Shown here one piece after another: positions 20,979-31,737 of a DNA stretch of 64,000 bases. Origin of the DNA: Candidatus Sulfomarinibacteraceae bacterium. GTDB taxonomy: Bacteria; Acidobacteriota; Thermoanaerobaculia; Thermoanaerobaculales; Sulfomarinibacteraceae. The stretch lies in the NCBI GenBank assembly GCA_963796455.1, contig CAWCLO010000007.1, positions 1 to 64,000 on the forward strand, given 5' to 3'. The notes below the pieces were generated by a model that was given only the letters and a program-made list of their open reading frames with translations, was not told where the DNA came from and did not search any database. The translations under genes were made by a program, and so were the position numbers. Every line of letters begins with the position of its first letter. Position 1 is the first letter of the stretch.

Positions 20979-22019
20979 ATGAACTTAGTCAATATCGACT
21001 TGCGATCCGACACCGTAACACATCCTACAAAGTCAATGCGAGAGGCCATGGCGAAGGCCGAGGTCGGGGACGATGTCTATGGCGAAGATCCCACGATCAA
21101 CCGCCTCGAGGACAGCGCGGCGGAGCTGATGGGCAGGGAGGCTGCCGTCTTTGTCCCCACCGGAACGATGGGCAATCAGATCGCCATCCACCTGCATACG
21201 AGACCGGGTTCGGAGGTGGTGGCCGAAGCTGGATCGCACATCTTCAATTTTGAAATGGGCGCGATGGCGGCCCTGTCCGGTGCGCTGCCGAGGCCCATCG
21301 AAACCGAGCATGGACTGCTCGATCCACAACAGGTGGAAACCGCTATTCAACCGCCCGCTGGATACCGAACTCCGACATCGTTGGTCGTGCTGGAGAACAG
21401 CCACAACCTTGCGGGAGGCCGGGTCATGACGAGGGAGCTCATGTCGTCATTGATTGATGTGGCTCACGGTCATGGCCTGCCGGTTCATCTCGATGGAGCG
21501 CGGGTCCACAATGCGGCCGCCGCCCTTGGGGTGTCGGCCGCCGACCTCAGCGCCGGGTGCGACTCGGTGATGTTCTGCCTCTCGAAGGGACTTGGCGCCC
21601 CGGTCGGGTCGGTGCTGGTAGGCAGCAAGGATTTCATCGCCGACGCCCGAAGGGTACGGAAGATGTTTGGCGGCGGCATGCGTCAGGCGGGGATCATCGC
21701 CGCCGCCGGCCTGGTGGCCATCGAAGAAACCCTGCCGCTGCTCGGTGAAGACAACCGCCGGGCGCACCAGTTGGCGGTCGGTCTCGCCGCCATCCCCGGG
21801 GTGGTGCTCGACCCCGACACGGTGGAGACAAATATCGTCTTTTTCTCCCTGTCCGCTGATGCGGGCGGCGACGCCGCCGGTCTGGCCGCCCGCCTGGCCG
21901 AAAAGGGAGTATTGTGCCTCCCGCTGGGACACGACAGCATTCGGATGTTGACGCACTATCACATCAGTGACGAGGATATTGCGCGGGCGGTGGAGATCAC
22001 GGCGAGAGCGATGGAGTGA
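20979..22019 (+). CDS. ltaE: Low-specificity L-threonine aldolase
   Basis: [50 protein letters not shown]. Confidence 0.93.
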   Translation: MNLVNIDLRSDTVTHPTKSMREAMAKAEVGDDVYGEDPTINRLEDSAAELMGREAAVFVPTGTMGNQIAIHLHTRPGSEVVAEAGSHIFNFEMGAMAALSGALPRPIETEHGLLDPQQVETAIQPPAGYRTPTSLVVLENSHNLAGGRVMTRELMSSLIDVAHGHGLPVHLDGARVHNAAAALGVSAADLSAGCDSVMFCLSKGLGAPVGSVLVGSKDFIADARRVRKMFGGGMRQAGIIAAAGLVAIEETLPLLGEDNRRAHQLAVGLAAIPGVVLDPDTVETNIVFFSLSADAGGDAAGLAARLAEKGVLCLPLGHDSIRMLTHYHISDEDIARAVEITARAME

Positions 22020-22050
22020 GTTCGGAGTTCGGAGTTCGGAGTTCGGAATT
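22018..22050. repeat. (GAGTTCG)4 heptamer array overlapping the ltaE stop
   Basis: Direct reading. A degenerate complementary arm lies at 22640-22658. Confidence 0.9.
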
Positions 22051-22211
22051 TCATCGCACCGGTCCCAGCACAAACCGCAGATCACGCAGATGAACGCAGA
22101 TAAAGGGTAATTGCCTCACGCACCCCAGCCTGAACAACGTGAGTCCGCGCCATCGCTGGAGCGAAGGGCTTCAATGCGACGGTCTCGAAAGGTCGTGAGA
22201 TCGGGACCGTG

Positions 22212-22299
22212 AGCGCCGGAGGCGCGACAGAATATCAGCCTGGGGCGTGAGCCCCAGGTTAAGGGGCGTTCCTCAAATCACCAGCCCCGGAGGGGTGGC
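22212..22299. repeat. REP-like palindromic unit
   Basis: AGCGCCGGAGGCGCGACA...CCTGGGGCGTGAGCCCCAGG...AGCCCCGGAGGGGTGGC, a layout resembling REP doublets of Y1/RAYT-associated repeats. Confidence 0.55.
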
Positions 22300-22601
22300 C
22301 GATGTCAAGGATGCCCTGCACCCTGCCTGTCCTTGACATCGGCCGCCCACCGGCTACCCATTCTGTTGAACGACCCGGAGGTGGCCATTTCGCCGACTGG
22401 ACTCCTGACCGCTGACCGCTGTTCCCTGTCGCTGCTCCCTGTTCGCTGATCCCTGCCGCTGACGCTGCCTCCTGTCGCTGTCCCTGCACCCTGGACACTG
22501 TCGCTGCCGCTGCAATTCGGGCACGGACGCGGACGCGGGCACGGGGCAACCGTGATCCGAAAACGCCAAAAACCCACCGCAAAAACCTCGTGTTGTCAGG
22601 T
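22295..22601 (-). mobile_element. Four-helix-bundle cassette, truncated copy C (left arm + leader only)
   Basis: Reverse complement matches 10322-10595, including CCTGACAACACG, GAATTGCAGCGGCAGCGACAGTG and the identical inner hairpin (22297-22344). Confidence 0.75.
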
Positions 22602-22679
22602 AGGAAAAATAAAATGACGATCGTTTCGGACAGCAGTGAAACTCAGACCTCAAAACTCAAATCTGCCGGCCTAAGCAAG

Positions 22680-23168
22680 CTATCGTGACCGGCGGCGTTC
22701 GAGTTGATCTTGCAGTTCCGGGATGTCGAGATCGAGGGTCGAGGCAAAGCGCCAACCCGGCGTCTCCTTGCGCCATTCGAGATCGGCCGTACATGGATCG
22801 CTGAGGCTGCCGAGAACATAGCCCCTGTTTCCATCCGAACTGCCCCACAGAATAAAGCGAACGCTGATTTCCACTCGCTCCTCGCCGGCTTCCACCCCGG
22901 TGATGATGAGGTCGACATCGAGGTCTTCATAGGTCTCCATCGCCTCGTTGAGATAGCCTCCGAGGAGCTCGTAGTTCAAACCGAAGGGGTCAGAATACGA
23001 CCGTGAGATTGACGACATGGTCCTCAGCAGGCCCTCCTCCTCGAAAGCCGCAACCATGGATGCCAACCCCCTCTTTGCCGCAGCCTCCGGAGACAGAAAG
23101 TGGCGGAGCCACAACCCCCCGCCGATGGCGGCGATCAAAATCACGATGAGAATTTTCTTTTGTGACAT
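22680..23168 (-). CDS. Hypothetical protein, N-terminal TM + NTF2/SnoaL-like fold
   Basis: KKILIVILIAAIGGGLWL, ISRSYSDPFG, LEWRKETPGWR. Confidence 0.6.
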   Translation of the reverse strand: MSQKKILIVILIAAIGGGLWLRHFLSPEAAAKRGLASMVAAFEEEGLLRTMSSISRSYSDPFGLNYELLGGYLNEAMETYEDLDVDLIITGVEAGEERVEISVRFILWGSSDGNRGYVLGSLSDPCTADLEWRKETPGWRFASTLDLDIPELQDQLERRRSR

Positions 23169-23471
23169 CCACTTCGGAGTCTACATGAGATTGAATGGGT
23201 CGACGTGCGGCGGGTCTATGTTCTCCGACACATTGGTTCAGGTCTGGATAACGGCACCGTATTCTTCAGGCCAATCGCGGCCTCGCCACAGTTCCAATAT
23301 TTGAAACCCGTAATCCATCCGTTCTTTTCGTCAATGGAGGTACCATATATAAGGGGGCAGTTGATTCGCCTATCCCGAGCGAAGATTTATCTCAGAGCTT
23401 TTGGGGATCTGGAAAAAACGATGCTTTGTTGGACCGCTCTCCAATTCAGCATCGAGTCAAGGATTTTTGTC

Positions 23472-23915
23472 GTGAGGAACCTTTTTCCAACATGTCTTGC
23501 CGTTGTCACTCTGTTGACGCCGAGCAACCCATTGGCCGCAGCCGATCCGGGTTACAAGATCGTGGTCAACGAAGCCAACATCACCTCGTCCATGACAACC
23601 CAGCAGCTCTCCAGGCTCTTCATGAAGGAGGCCACCTCCTGGATCGACGGTTCGCCGGTCCTTCCGGTTGATCAGGTGTCGAGTTCTGAGATTCGGAAGA
23701 AGTTTTCGAAGGCGGTTCTCAAGCGTGACGTCAACGCGATCAAGAGTCACTGGCAACGTCTGATCTTTTCCGGTAAGGGCGTACCCCCGCCGGAAAAAAA
23801 ATCCGATGCCGAAGTGCTCGATTTCGTACGGGCTAACCCGGGCGGTGTCGGATACGTAGCGTCTGCCGCCACACTCGGAACGGGCGTCAGGGAACTCGTG
23901 GTTTCGGGGAATTGA
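23472..23915 (+). CDS. Small periplasmic phosphate-ABC-SBP-like protein
   Basis: GTG start after AAGGA. Signal peptide, then YKIVVN...[14 protein letters not shown]...[11 protein letters not shown]. Confidence 0.75.
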   Translation: MRNLFPTCLAVVTLLTPSNPLAAADPGYKIVVNEANITSSMTTQQLSRLFMKEATSWIDGSPVLPVDQVSSSEIRKKFSKAVLKRDVNAIKSHWQRLIFSGKGVPPPEKKSDAEVLDFVRANPGGVGYVASAATLGTGVRELVVSGN

Positions 23916-23962
23916 CCGGCGAATCATATGATTCGGATGAACCCGGTATGGGAGAGTTCGCC

Positions 23963-25528
23963 GTGCTGAATCGACTCAATTTCACCCAGAAGATCTTTCT
24001 CATTCCGGCCCTCGCTGCGGCCAGCATCATCGTCATATTCGTGGTGGTGCAGATAAGCGCCGCCGCCACCGAAAAATTGGTCGCCGATATCGACGACGGT
24101 TACGTTCCAAAACTCGAGCTTTCTCGAGATCTTGTCGATACTCTGGCGCAGATTCAGCGCGGCCTCCAAGATGCAGCCATGGCTGCCGATCCTGCCATCC
24201 TTGTCGAAACCGATCAACTTCACACCGGCTTCGTCAACAGGCTGCGCGAAGAACGCAACAACCCGGTGATCGCTGTCACCGAGTCGAATATGTTGGAAAA
24301 GTCATTCGAGCAATACTACGACCTTGCACGCGATGCCACCTCACGCCTTATCGCCCAGGAGACGGGCGATGCCATCGTATCCGCTCTCCAAGAAATGCAG
24401 AATAATTACCTCGATTTAAAAGAAAACCTCGAAGAATTCGCAGAGAGCGCCCGGCGAGAGGTCGATATCGCCGTCGAGAAGGTTCGCCACAGCCAGCAGC
24501 GCGCCCGGAATCTCGTCTTCCTGGTATTGCTGCTGACCGCGGTGGGTCTTGGCGCGCTCTCGCTTACGGTCACTCGTGCGATCGTCCGGCCGCTCGCCGA
24601 AGTGGTGGAAGTTGCCAACAGGGTGGCCGATGGCGACCTTTCGCGAATCATTCAGATCCATGCCCGCGATGAGGTCGGTCGCACAAGTGAAGCGCTCAAC
24701 CTGGCGTTCGGCAATATGAGCGATGCGGTCAGGACGATCGCTCAGAACTCGAGAGCGCTCTCCGATGCCTCCGAAGGCCTGACGGCAGTGAGCCAACAAA
24801 TGGCCGCCAGCGCCGAGGAGACCTCGGCCCAGGCGTCCATGGTTTCAGCGTCGGCCGAACAGGTGAGCGCCAATGTGGAGATGGTAGCCAGTGGCATCGA
24901 CGACATGACCGGCAGCATTCACGAAATCGCGCGAAGCGCCCAGGATGCAGCCTCGGTTGCAACGACCGCCGTCCAGGTTGCGGAAACAACCACCGATACC
25001 ATCACAAAGCTCGACGAGAGCAGCGCCGCCATCAGCGATGTCACCAAGGCCATCACATCGATTTCAGAACAAACGAACCTTCTCGCCCTCAACGCGACGA
25101 TCGAGGCTGCTCGGGCCGGAGACGCCGGCAAGGGATTCGCGGTAGTTGCCAACGAGGTTAAAGAGCTGGCACGGGCAACAGCATCGGCGACCGAAGAGAT
25201 CGGGAGTCGTATCAATGCGATCCAAGGCGACGCGCAAAGTGCTGTTGCCGCCATCAACGAAATCGCGGTGATCATCGGCAAAATTCACGACCTGCAAAAC
25301 ACCATCGCGAGCGCGGTCGAAGAACAGACCGCGACAACCAACGAAATCGCGCGCAGTGTTTCCGAGGTCGCCTCCGGCAGTTCGGAGATCGCGCGAAACA
25401 TCTCTGGTGTGGCGACCGCCACATCGGATACAGCATCCGGCGCAAGCTCCACGCAAATCGAGGCCGCAAAATTGGCGGCGATGGCCGTCGAACTGCAGAA
25501 TCTCGTCAAAGGCTTCAGCTACAAATAG
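23963..25528 (+). CDS. Methyl-accepting chemotaxis protein (TM-helical sensor-TM-HAMP-MA)
   Basis: IVRPL...GDLS...RDEVG (HAMP); [36 protein letters not shown]. Confidence 0.93.
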   Translation: MLNRLNFTQKIFLIPALAAASIIVIFVVVQISAAATEKLVADIDDGYVPKLELSRDLVDTLAQIQRGLQDAAMAADPAILVETDQLHTGFVNRLREERNNPVIAVTESNMLEKSFEQYYDLARDATSRLIAQETGDAIVSALQEMQNNYLDLKENLEEFAESARREVDIAVEKVRHSQQRARNLVFLVLLLTAVGLGALSLTVTRAIVRPLAEVVEVANRVADGDLSRIIQIHARDEVGRTSEALNLAFGNMSDAVRTIAQNSRALSDASEGLTAVSQQMAASAEETSAQASMVSASAEQVSANVEMVASGIDDMTGSIHEIARSAQDAASVATTAVQVAETTTDTITKLDESSAAISDVTKAITSISEQTNLLALNATIEAARAGDAGKGFAVVANEVKELARATASATEEIGSRINAIQGDAQSAVAAINEIAVIIGKIHDLQNTIASAVEEQTATTNEIARSVSEVASGSSEIARNISGVATATSDTASGASSTQIEAAKLAAMAVELQNLVKGFSYK

Positions 25529-25603
25529 GGATTGTCCGGCGGTGTACGATCGAGAGGACCACCCATGGCACGAGTGGTCCGATTTGGAGGCTTGACGATC
25601 GTC

Positions 25604-26934
25604 ATGTCGCAGCAATACAAGAGAGAAATCCTGGCGGAGCCCGATTTTCTGGGGACTTCTCGTCGTCTTGGTGGTGCTCGCGACCGAAATCTTCGTCCCT
25701 GACCGCTCTCTCCATAAAAAACCGCAAGCTGATGACACCTGCAAGGGTACGCGCCCAACTCGCCTCCATCACATCGCCCACCGGGACCGCGGGTTTGCAC
25801 GACGAGTATGTCGACTGGGCCTATTGGTCGAAGTTGTTTGCACTGCATCCGTACCTCGGATACGTCTTCGACGACAACTTCGAGCGCGAGCCGCGTCTCG
25901 ACGTCGGCGGGCCCGATGCCATCGACTATGGGTTTTCGCTGGCTGAAAAGGGCGTGTTCCACACCCCGGTCGAACGGACACTGGTCACGGTCATTACCGG
26001 TGGCTCGGTGGCCTTCAACGTCGGCCGCCGCTTTGGTGATCACATCAGCACGGTCGTCCAGACAGGTCTCAGTGACGAGTATGACCGGGTCATCGTGGTC
26101 AACGCCGCGATCCCCGGATTTCACCAACCGCAGCAGCTTCTCCTGCTGAACTATCTCTGGACTCTCGGCGCACACTTCGATGTCGTGATCAACCTCGACG
26201 GCTTCAACGAAATCGCCCTGGCTCCGGAGGAAAATCTGAGCACCGGCGTCGCCGGGTTCTTTCCCTATGCCTGGTACTTCAAGGTTGCGGACGCAGGCCC
26301 GGACACCCGCCTCGGATTCGCAGAGCTGGCACAATCCGAAAGACAGCGCCGCCGTCTGGCCGCATTCTTCCAGAAGAACCCGTGGAAGTATTCGAACACC
26401 GCTTCCGTGCTCTGGTCGTTTCTCAACGGTCGCCTTATCGACCAGATGATCGAGGTCGAGGCCGAGCTTGCCCGCCAGAGATCAACGGATTCACCCCGGT
26501 TGATGGTCAGCGGACCGCGCACTGAATATCGAGATCGCGCCGAAGTTCTCCAGCACATGGCCGAAATCTGGTGGCGGGCTTCAATTCAGCTGCACAACGC
26601 AAGCGAGACAGTGGGTGCGCGCTACTACCATTTTCTCCAACCGAACCAGTACGTTCCCGACTCGAAGCCCATGACCGAAGACGAACGCTCATCGACCGTC
26701 AACTGGGAGCTGGCCGTTTCCCCGTACGTTCTCGAAGGCTATCCCCTGCTCTTCGCCTACGGCCGCCAACTGCGCGAGGAGGGGATCCAATTCCACGACC
26801 TCAGTATGCTCTTCGAGAGCACCACCGAGCCGACCTACATCGACGACTGTTGTCACTACACCAGCAAGGGCGATCAGATGGTCGCCCAGGCCATCGGCGA
26901 CGCCATCGTCGACGATTTTCGACGCAACCGATAA
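25604..26934 (+). CDS. Membrane-anchored SGNH-like protein, paralog 1 (N-terminus interrupted by apparent indels near 25610 and 25695)
   Basis: GGSVA, NAAIPGFHQPQQL, NLDGFNE, FLQPNQY, DDCCHYT. An upstream out-of-frame segment FWGLLVVLVVLATEI-SLTALSIKNRKLMTP aligns with paralog 2. Confidence 0.7.
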
Positions 26935-26946
26935 GAGGATCTGAAG

Positions 26947-28275
26947 ATGAACGACGCCCCGCTGCCACCCGCATCAACCCGTCGAAAGGCGGCCTATGGG
27001 GTCATCCTCGTCGTCCTGGTGTTCGCTGCAATTGAAGCTATTTCGTTGCTCGGGCTGAGCGTCAAATACCGCCTTCTCGTCACGCCCGCCGTCCTGGAAG
27101 CGATGCGGTCCCCAGAAGCCGGCCAATCGACCGGACAGAAGCCGGCGCTGACTCCCGACGCATCTTTTTACCCACAGTTTGTCGTCCACCCATTTCTCGG
27201 CTATGTCCTGGACTCCGATTTCGACCGCGCCACCCGCCTCGACGCGGGCGGTGAAGACGCACTGAATTTTGGATTCCAACTCACCGAGCGGGGCATCTTT
27301 CATCCACCGGACGATCGCGCCCTGGTGGTCGCAGTGACGGGCGGCTCGGTGGCTTTTGGCCTCACCCTCCATTTCGCCGACGAGCTGAAGTCGCAGATTC
27401 TCAGCGGCATCGAGTCTCCGGTGGAAGACGTCGTGATCGTCAATCTCGCCTTGCCGGGCTACAAACAGCCGCAACAACTCCTCCTTTTGAACTACCTGCT
27501 GACCCTGGGCGCCCATTTTGACGTGGTCGTCAATCTCGACGGTTTCAATGAGATCGCGCTCGCTCCAACTGAGAACCTTCCCAGAAGTGTGGCGCCGATT
27601 TTTCCCCACGCCTGGTATTACCGAGTCGCCGACTTCGACCCCGAAACCCGCCTCGTCGTTGGCGAACTGATGCTCGAAAAGCGGCGAAGACACCGACTCG
27701 CGAAGCGCTTCGATAGGAAGCCCCTGGCCTGGAGTTCCACCGCCGGATTGGTGTGGACCCTCCTGGATCGACACGTGGCGCGGCGAATCGGCGACATCGA
27801 AGTGCGGCTCTCAAAATTGCAGTCATCCGCCGATCCGAGCTTCACGGTCACCGGCCCGAATCGACCCTACGACACTGAACGGCAGATGGTCCTCGATCTC
27901 GCCCGAAGCTGGGAGAGGGCTTCAATCCTCATGAACGGTCTCTGTCAGCGGTCCGGGGTGGAGTATCTGCACTTCCTGCAGCCCAACCAGTACCTCGCGG
28001 GTTCAAAGGAGATGGGTGAGCACGAACGGCTGAGCGCCATCAATTTTGAGTTGCAGTCGAGTGGATATGCGGAAATGGGATATCCCCTGCTCAAGGCTCT
28101 CGGCGAAAGACTCGGCGACGGCGGCGTGCATTTTGTCGATTTGACCATGCTTTTCGCCGCGACGGCCGAGCAGACTTACAGCGACGACTGTTGCCACTAC
28201 ACCGAAATCGGCGAACAGATGGTCGCGTCGGCAATCGCCCTGGAGATCACCAAGAGCCTCGGGGCCGACTCCTGA
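26947..28275 (+). CDS. Membrane-anchored SGNH-like protein, paralog 2
   Basis: N-terminal TM, HPFLGYV, GGSVA, NLALPGYKQPQQL, NLDGFNE, DDCCHYT. Confidence 0.75.
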   Translation: MNDAPLPPASTRRKAAYGVILVVLVFAAIEAISLLGLSVKYRLLVTPAVLEAMRSPEAGQSTGQKPALTPDASFYPQFVVHPFLGYVLDSDFDRATRLDAGGEDALNFGFQLTERGIFHPPDDRALVVAVTGGSVAFGLTLHFADELKSQILSGIESPVEDVVIVNLALPGYKQPQQLLLLNYLLTLGAHFDVVVNLDGFNEIALAPTENLPRSVAPIFPHAWYYRVADFDPETRLVVGELMLEKRRRHRLAKRFDRKPLAWSSTAGLVWTLLDRHVARRIGDIEVRLSKLQSSADPSFTVTGPNRPYDTERQMVLDLARSWERASILMNGLCQRSGVEYLHFLQPNQYLAGSKEMGEHERLSAINFELQSSGYAEMGYPLLKALGERLGDGGVHFVDLTMLFAATAEQTYSDDCCHYTEIGEQMVASAIALEITKSLGADS

Positions 28276-28282
28276 TCGACGG

Positions 28283-29785
28283 TCAGCCGCTGCGCGGCAC
28301 CCGACCGACCCGCCGATCCATGGCCCACTGGTACAGTTCGACGTAGCGGGCAGCGGAGTCCTGCCAGGAAAACCGTTCCTGCATCGCCCGGACCCGCATG
28401 GTTTCGATATCTTCGGGCCGGTTGTACCAGGTCCACAAGGCCCATCCGACGGTGTCGTACAAAGCCCGCGGTGTCAGCTTTGAGAACACAAAACCGGTCC
28501 CCTCACCCGTTTCCTGGTCATAGTTGACGACCGTGTCGGCAAGCCCCCCGGTTTTGCGCACAATGGGCAGCGTGCCGTAGCGGAGCGAATACATCTGATT
28601 GAGGCCGCACGGTTCATAGGCGCTCGGCATGAGGAAAAAATCAGAACCGGCCTCGATCAAATGTGCCAAACGGTTGTTGAACTCGAGAGCGACCGAGAGA
28701 TTCGGAAGTTTGTCGGCCAGGATAGTCAATTCCTCTTCGCACCAGGCGTCACCCGTACCGAGGATCACGAATTGGAGGTCGAAGTCTTCGCAGATCGAAA
28801 AAAGAGAACCGTGGGCCGGACCGCAGAGTTGACCAAAACCCTTCTGATCGACCAGACGGCTGACCATGGCGAAAACCGGCAGCGACGGGTCGACATCGAG
28901 ACCCATTTCTTCCTGCAGGAACTCCTTGTTGACCGCCTTCCCGTCGAGGTTCTCATGGGAAAAATTCGCCGGGATCTCGAGATCGTCTTCCGGGTTCCAC
29001 AACGAGTAATCCATTCCGTTCAGAACGCCGAAGAGATCGGCCTCACGGTTCCGCAAAATGGGATCCAACCCACAACCGAATTCAGGAGTCTGAATCTCCT
29101 CGGCATAGGTGGGAGAAACCGTGGTCAGGATGTCGGCATTCAGGATCCCGGCCTGCAGCAGATTGAGACCCTGCGGGGATTCAAACCCCGCCGATCGGTA
29201 GAGCTCCGGATCAAACGGTAGATGGGCGAATTCCTCCACCGGAAACACACCCTGATGTCCGAGGTTGTGAATGGTCAGAACCGAGCCGGTCTCGGCAAAC
29301 TCACCGTCCTGCTCGCGTGCGTTGAGACAGACTGGAACGACCGCCGCCGGCCAGTCGTGGACGTGCATCACATCGGGTATCCAGTCGATCGAGCGGCACA
29401 ACTGGAATGCTCCGCGGCTGAGGAGCGCGAAGCGGCGCAGGTTGTCGCGAAAACCCGGCTCCGCGCGCGAACCGTAAATGCCGTCACGGCCGTAGAGGCC
29501 TTCGTGGTCGAGGAAATAGACCGGAACCTCCGCGTCCGGCAGCCGGCTCTGGTACACGCCGCACCACTCCTGTTCGAGACCCAGCGGCACTCCAAGGGGG
29601 TCGCCGACCCGCCGGAGCCGAGCGATGTCCACGGAGTAATAGCGCGGCAGGACCATGCGAACCTCGTGTCCCTGGCGCTGCAATTCGGCCGACAACGCCG
29701 AAACCATATCGCCGAGGCCGCCCGCCTTGGCAAAGGGAACCGCCTCTGAGGTGACCATGAGGATCTTCAAGCCTGCATCCGCCAA
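28283..29785 (-). CDS. glgA: Glycogen synthase (GT5)
   Basis: EAVPFAKAGGLGD, HVHDW, TIHNLGHQG, SRLVDQKG, MPSAYEPCGLNQMY, RKTGGLADTV. Confidence 0.93.
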   Translation of the reverse strand: MADAGLKILMVTSEAVPFAKAGGLGDMVSALSAELQRQGHEVRMVLPRYYSVDIARLRRVGDPLGVPLGLEQEWCGVYQSRLPDAEVPVYFLDHEGLYGRDGIYGSRAEPGFRDNLRRFALLSRGAFQLCRSIDWIPDVMHVHDWPAAVVPVCLNAREQDGEFAETGSVLTIHNLGHQGVFPVEEFAHLPFDPELYRSAGFESPQGLNLLQAGILNADILTTVSPTYAEEIQTPEFGCGLDPILRNREADLFGVLNGMDYSLWNPEDDLEIPANFSHENLDGKAVNKEFLQEEMGLDVDPSLPVFAMVSRLVDQKGFGQLCGPAHGSLFSICEDFDLQFVILGTGDAWCEEELTILADKLPNLSVALEFNNRLAHLIEAGSDFFLMPSAYEPCGLNQMYSLRYGTLPIVRKTGGLADTVVNYDQETGEGTGFVFSKLTPRALYDTVGWALWTWYNRPEDIETMRVRAMQERFSWQDSAARYVELYQWAMDRRVGRVPRSG

Positions 29786-29916
29786 TTCGACCTCCCGCCG
29801 AGATCTTCAGATCATAGCTGAGTGCTCATTTCGCCATCGATACCGATTCCGACAGCGAGGGTGATCTGATACCTGTATTCATCTCCGTGATCCGAGGTTT
29901 CTCCGGGCCCCTCGTC

Positions 29917-30807
29917 CTAAATAAGCGCGTCGTCTTGCCAGCCCAGACGAACAATGTCGATGCGATCAGGATCCGAAACACCGATCCCATACTGGGTGTC
30001 GGCGACCTGGATATGGTGCGGCGGCGGGCTCATCGGCCGGCCGTCGCCAAAAAAGATCTTGCGTTTGGCCTCGATGATGCGCGCGCCCGTCGCATCCACC
30101 GCGACCGGATCGATGCCGACGATGAGGCCGCCGTAGGTCCACACGTAGTCTTTCGAAAAACTGTGCGGTCCAACCGAGTGGAACTGGGGCGTCAACATCA
30201 CCAGCACGTTGAGCCGCACCTTGCCATTGATCTCCGGCCGCAGCCAGATCGAACCGAGCGGAGCGCACGCATCTCCGTGATAGTCCGAATAACGCTCGGT
30301 AAAGGTGATGACGTTTTTGATGCAGGTTCCGAGGCCCGACCAATTGTGGGTGCGCATCGGTCGTGTGTTGATGAAGGCGGTGGCGCGCTGGAACACCGGG
30401 TTGCCCTTCACATTGCGATCATCCACTGCGACATCGCCAGGGGCCACACCGGCCATCAGCAGTTCGTGGCGGATCGCGTCTTCGAGCGCGGCTGGCGTCG
30501 GCAAAAATCTCCAGACATTGCTTTTGATTCCGACCACATCGCCGGCAGAGAAAAGCTTCTTCCAGGCAGCCGAGGAATCCGGAGCTTCGAGCAGGGTGGT
30601 CACGGCCTCGTTGAGCATGCGGTGGAGGACTTCGGGCTGGATCTCGCCGTCAGTTCCTATGACCTTCTGATCCCTCACCAATACGACCCTGGCCCGCTTC
30701 TTCGTCTCGCCGGCGGCCACGGACGCACCAACCGGAACCAGCCCGACCGCCGCAGCGCCGGACCCGGTGATCAGGAATTCTCGACGATTCAATTTCCGAC
30801 CGCTCAT
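29917..30807 (-). CDS. Tat-exported DUF362-domain protein
   Basis: NRREFL Tat signal, GDVVGIKSN, RTHNWSGLGTCIKN, DPVAVDATG. Confidence 0.8.
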   Translation of the reverse strand: MSGRKLNRREFLITGSGAAAVGLVPVGASVAAGETKKRARVVLVRDQKVIGTDGEIQPEVLHRMLNEAVTTLLEAPDSSAAWKKLFSAGDVVGIKSNVWRFLPTPAALEDAIRHELLMAGVAPGDVAVDDRNVKGNPVFQRATAFINTRPMRTHNWSGLGTCIKNVITFTERYSDYHGDACAPLGSIWLRPEINGKVRLNVLVMLTPQFHSVGPHSFSKDYVWTYGGLIVGIDPVAVDATGARIIEAKRKIFFGDGRPMSPPPHHIQVADTQYGIGVSDPDRIDIVRLGWQDDALI

Positions 30808-31664
30808 CTGGAGCCTCCCTTGAGTTGTTCGATCAACGAGTCGGCAACGGCCGCGGGTTGTGGGGCGAGCACCGTCGCCATGCGGCGATTAGACTTCCAG
30901 ATCGTGAGACCTGCCTCCGTCGCCCCGGCCGCGGCGCGGCTCGCCGTCGCGTCGTCGGGATAGTCGGCCAACAACAACCAGGCGTCGCCTCCCTCGAGAT
31001 CGTAGTGTCCAAGCACGGCGGCGACATCCGGACCGAATTCCAATACATTGCCAAAACCCAAATAGACCACGGCATTCAGGATCTCCTGGGTGCGGAGAAA
31101 CCGAATCGAGCGTTGATCGAGGCCCTCGGCCGGCAACTCGCTGACCAGTGCCGGAATCCGACCCTCATCGTGAATTGCCTGCGCCGCGTTTTCGGCCACG
31201 GCAACAAGAACCTCGTTGACCCGGTCGCCCTCGCCTTCGGCGTAGACCGACCCGTACCACCGGCCCTTCCAGAAGGACAACCAACCCGGATTCAGGAGGC
31301 CGCCTTGTCCGACCTCGACCACCTCACCATCACGATTGTGGGTAAAAACACCGAAGGCATCTGCATCAGAGGCGAGTTCAAAGAGATCCAGCACGATCGG
31401 AGCCTCGCCGGCGGGTCCTTCATATCGCCGTGACAGACAGCGCACCATCCCATAGGCCATATAGACCTCGGCGTGGCCGTCGATGTATTCGTAGATGGAC
31501 TCGGTATCGAAGACCTGATCGCCGACCGCCTGCCATTCGCCGACCCGATCGGGAAGATCGAGGCTCTGGCCGGCTTCATCGCCTCCGGATGTTGATTCTT
31601 GCGAACAAGCCGCCATCAGAACGACGGCTCCCACCGCGACGACCAGGGTCCGGATTCGGTCCAT
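30804..31664 (-). CDS. DUF6599-like lipoprotein
   Basis: Lipobox MAAC, IYEYIDGHAEVY, DAFGVFT, FWKGRWY. Confidence 0.72.
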   Translation of the reverse strand: MDRIRTLVVAVGAVVLMAACSQESTSGGDEAGQSLDLPDRVGEWQAVGDQVFDTESIYEYIDGHAEVYMAYGMVRCLSRRYEGPAGEAPIVLDLFELASDADAFGVFTHNRDGEVVEVGQGGLLNPGWLSFWKGRWYGSVYAEGEGDRVNEVLVAVAENAAQAIHDEGRIPALVSELPAEGLDQRSIRFLRTQEILNAVVYLGFGNVLEFGPDVAAVLGHYDLEGGDAWLLLADYPDDATASRAAAGATEAGLTIWKSNRRMATVLAPQPAAVADSLIEQLKGGSR

Positions 31665-31737
31665 TGCACCCTCCTGAACGCATCACGCAAACCCACCACA
31701 CTCGAGGCACCGGACGGTGAGATTTGCGCTCTCTGAT

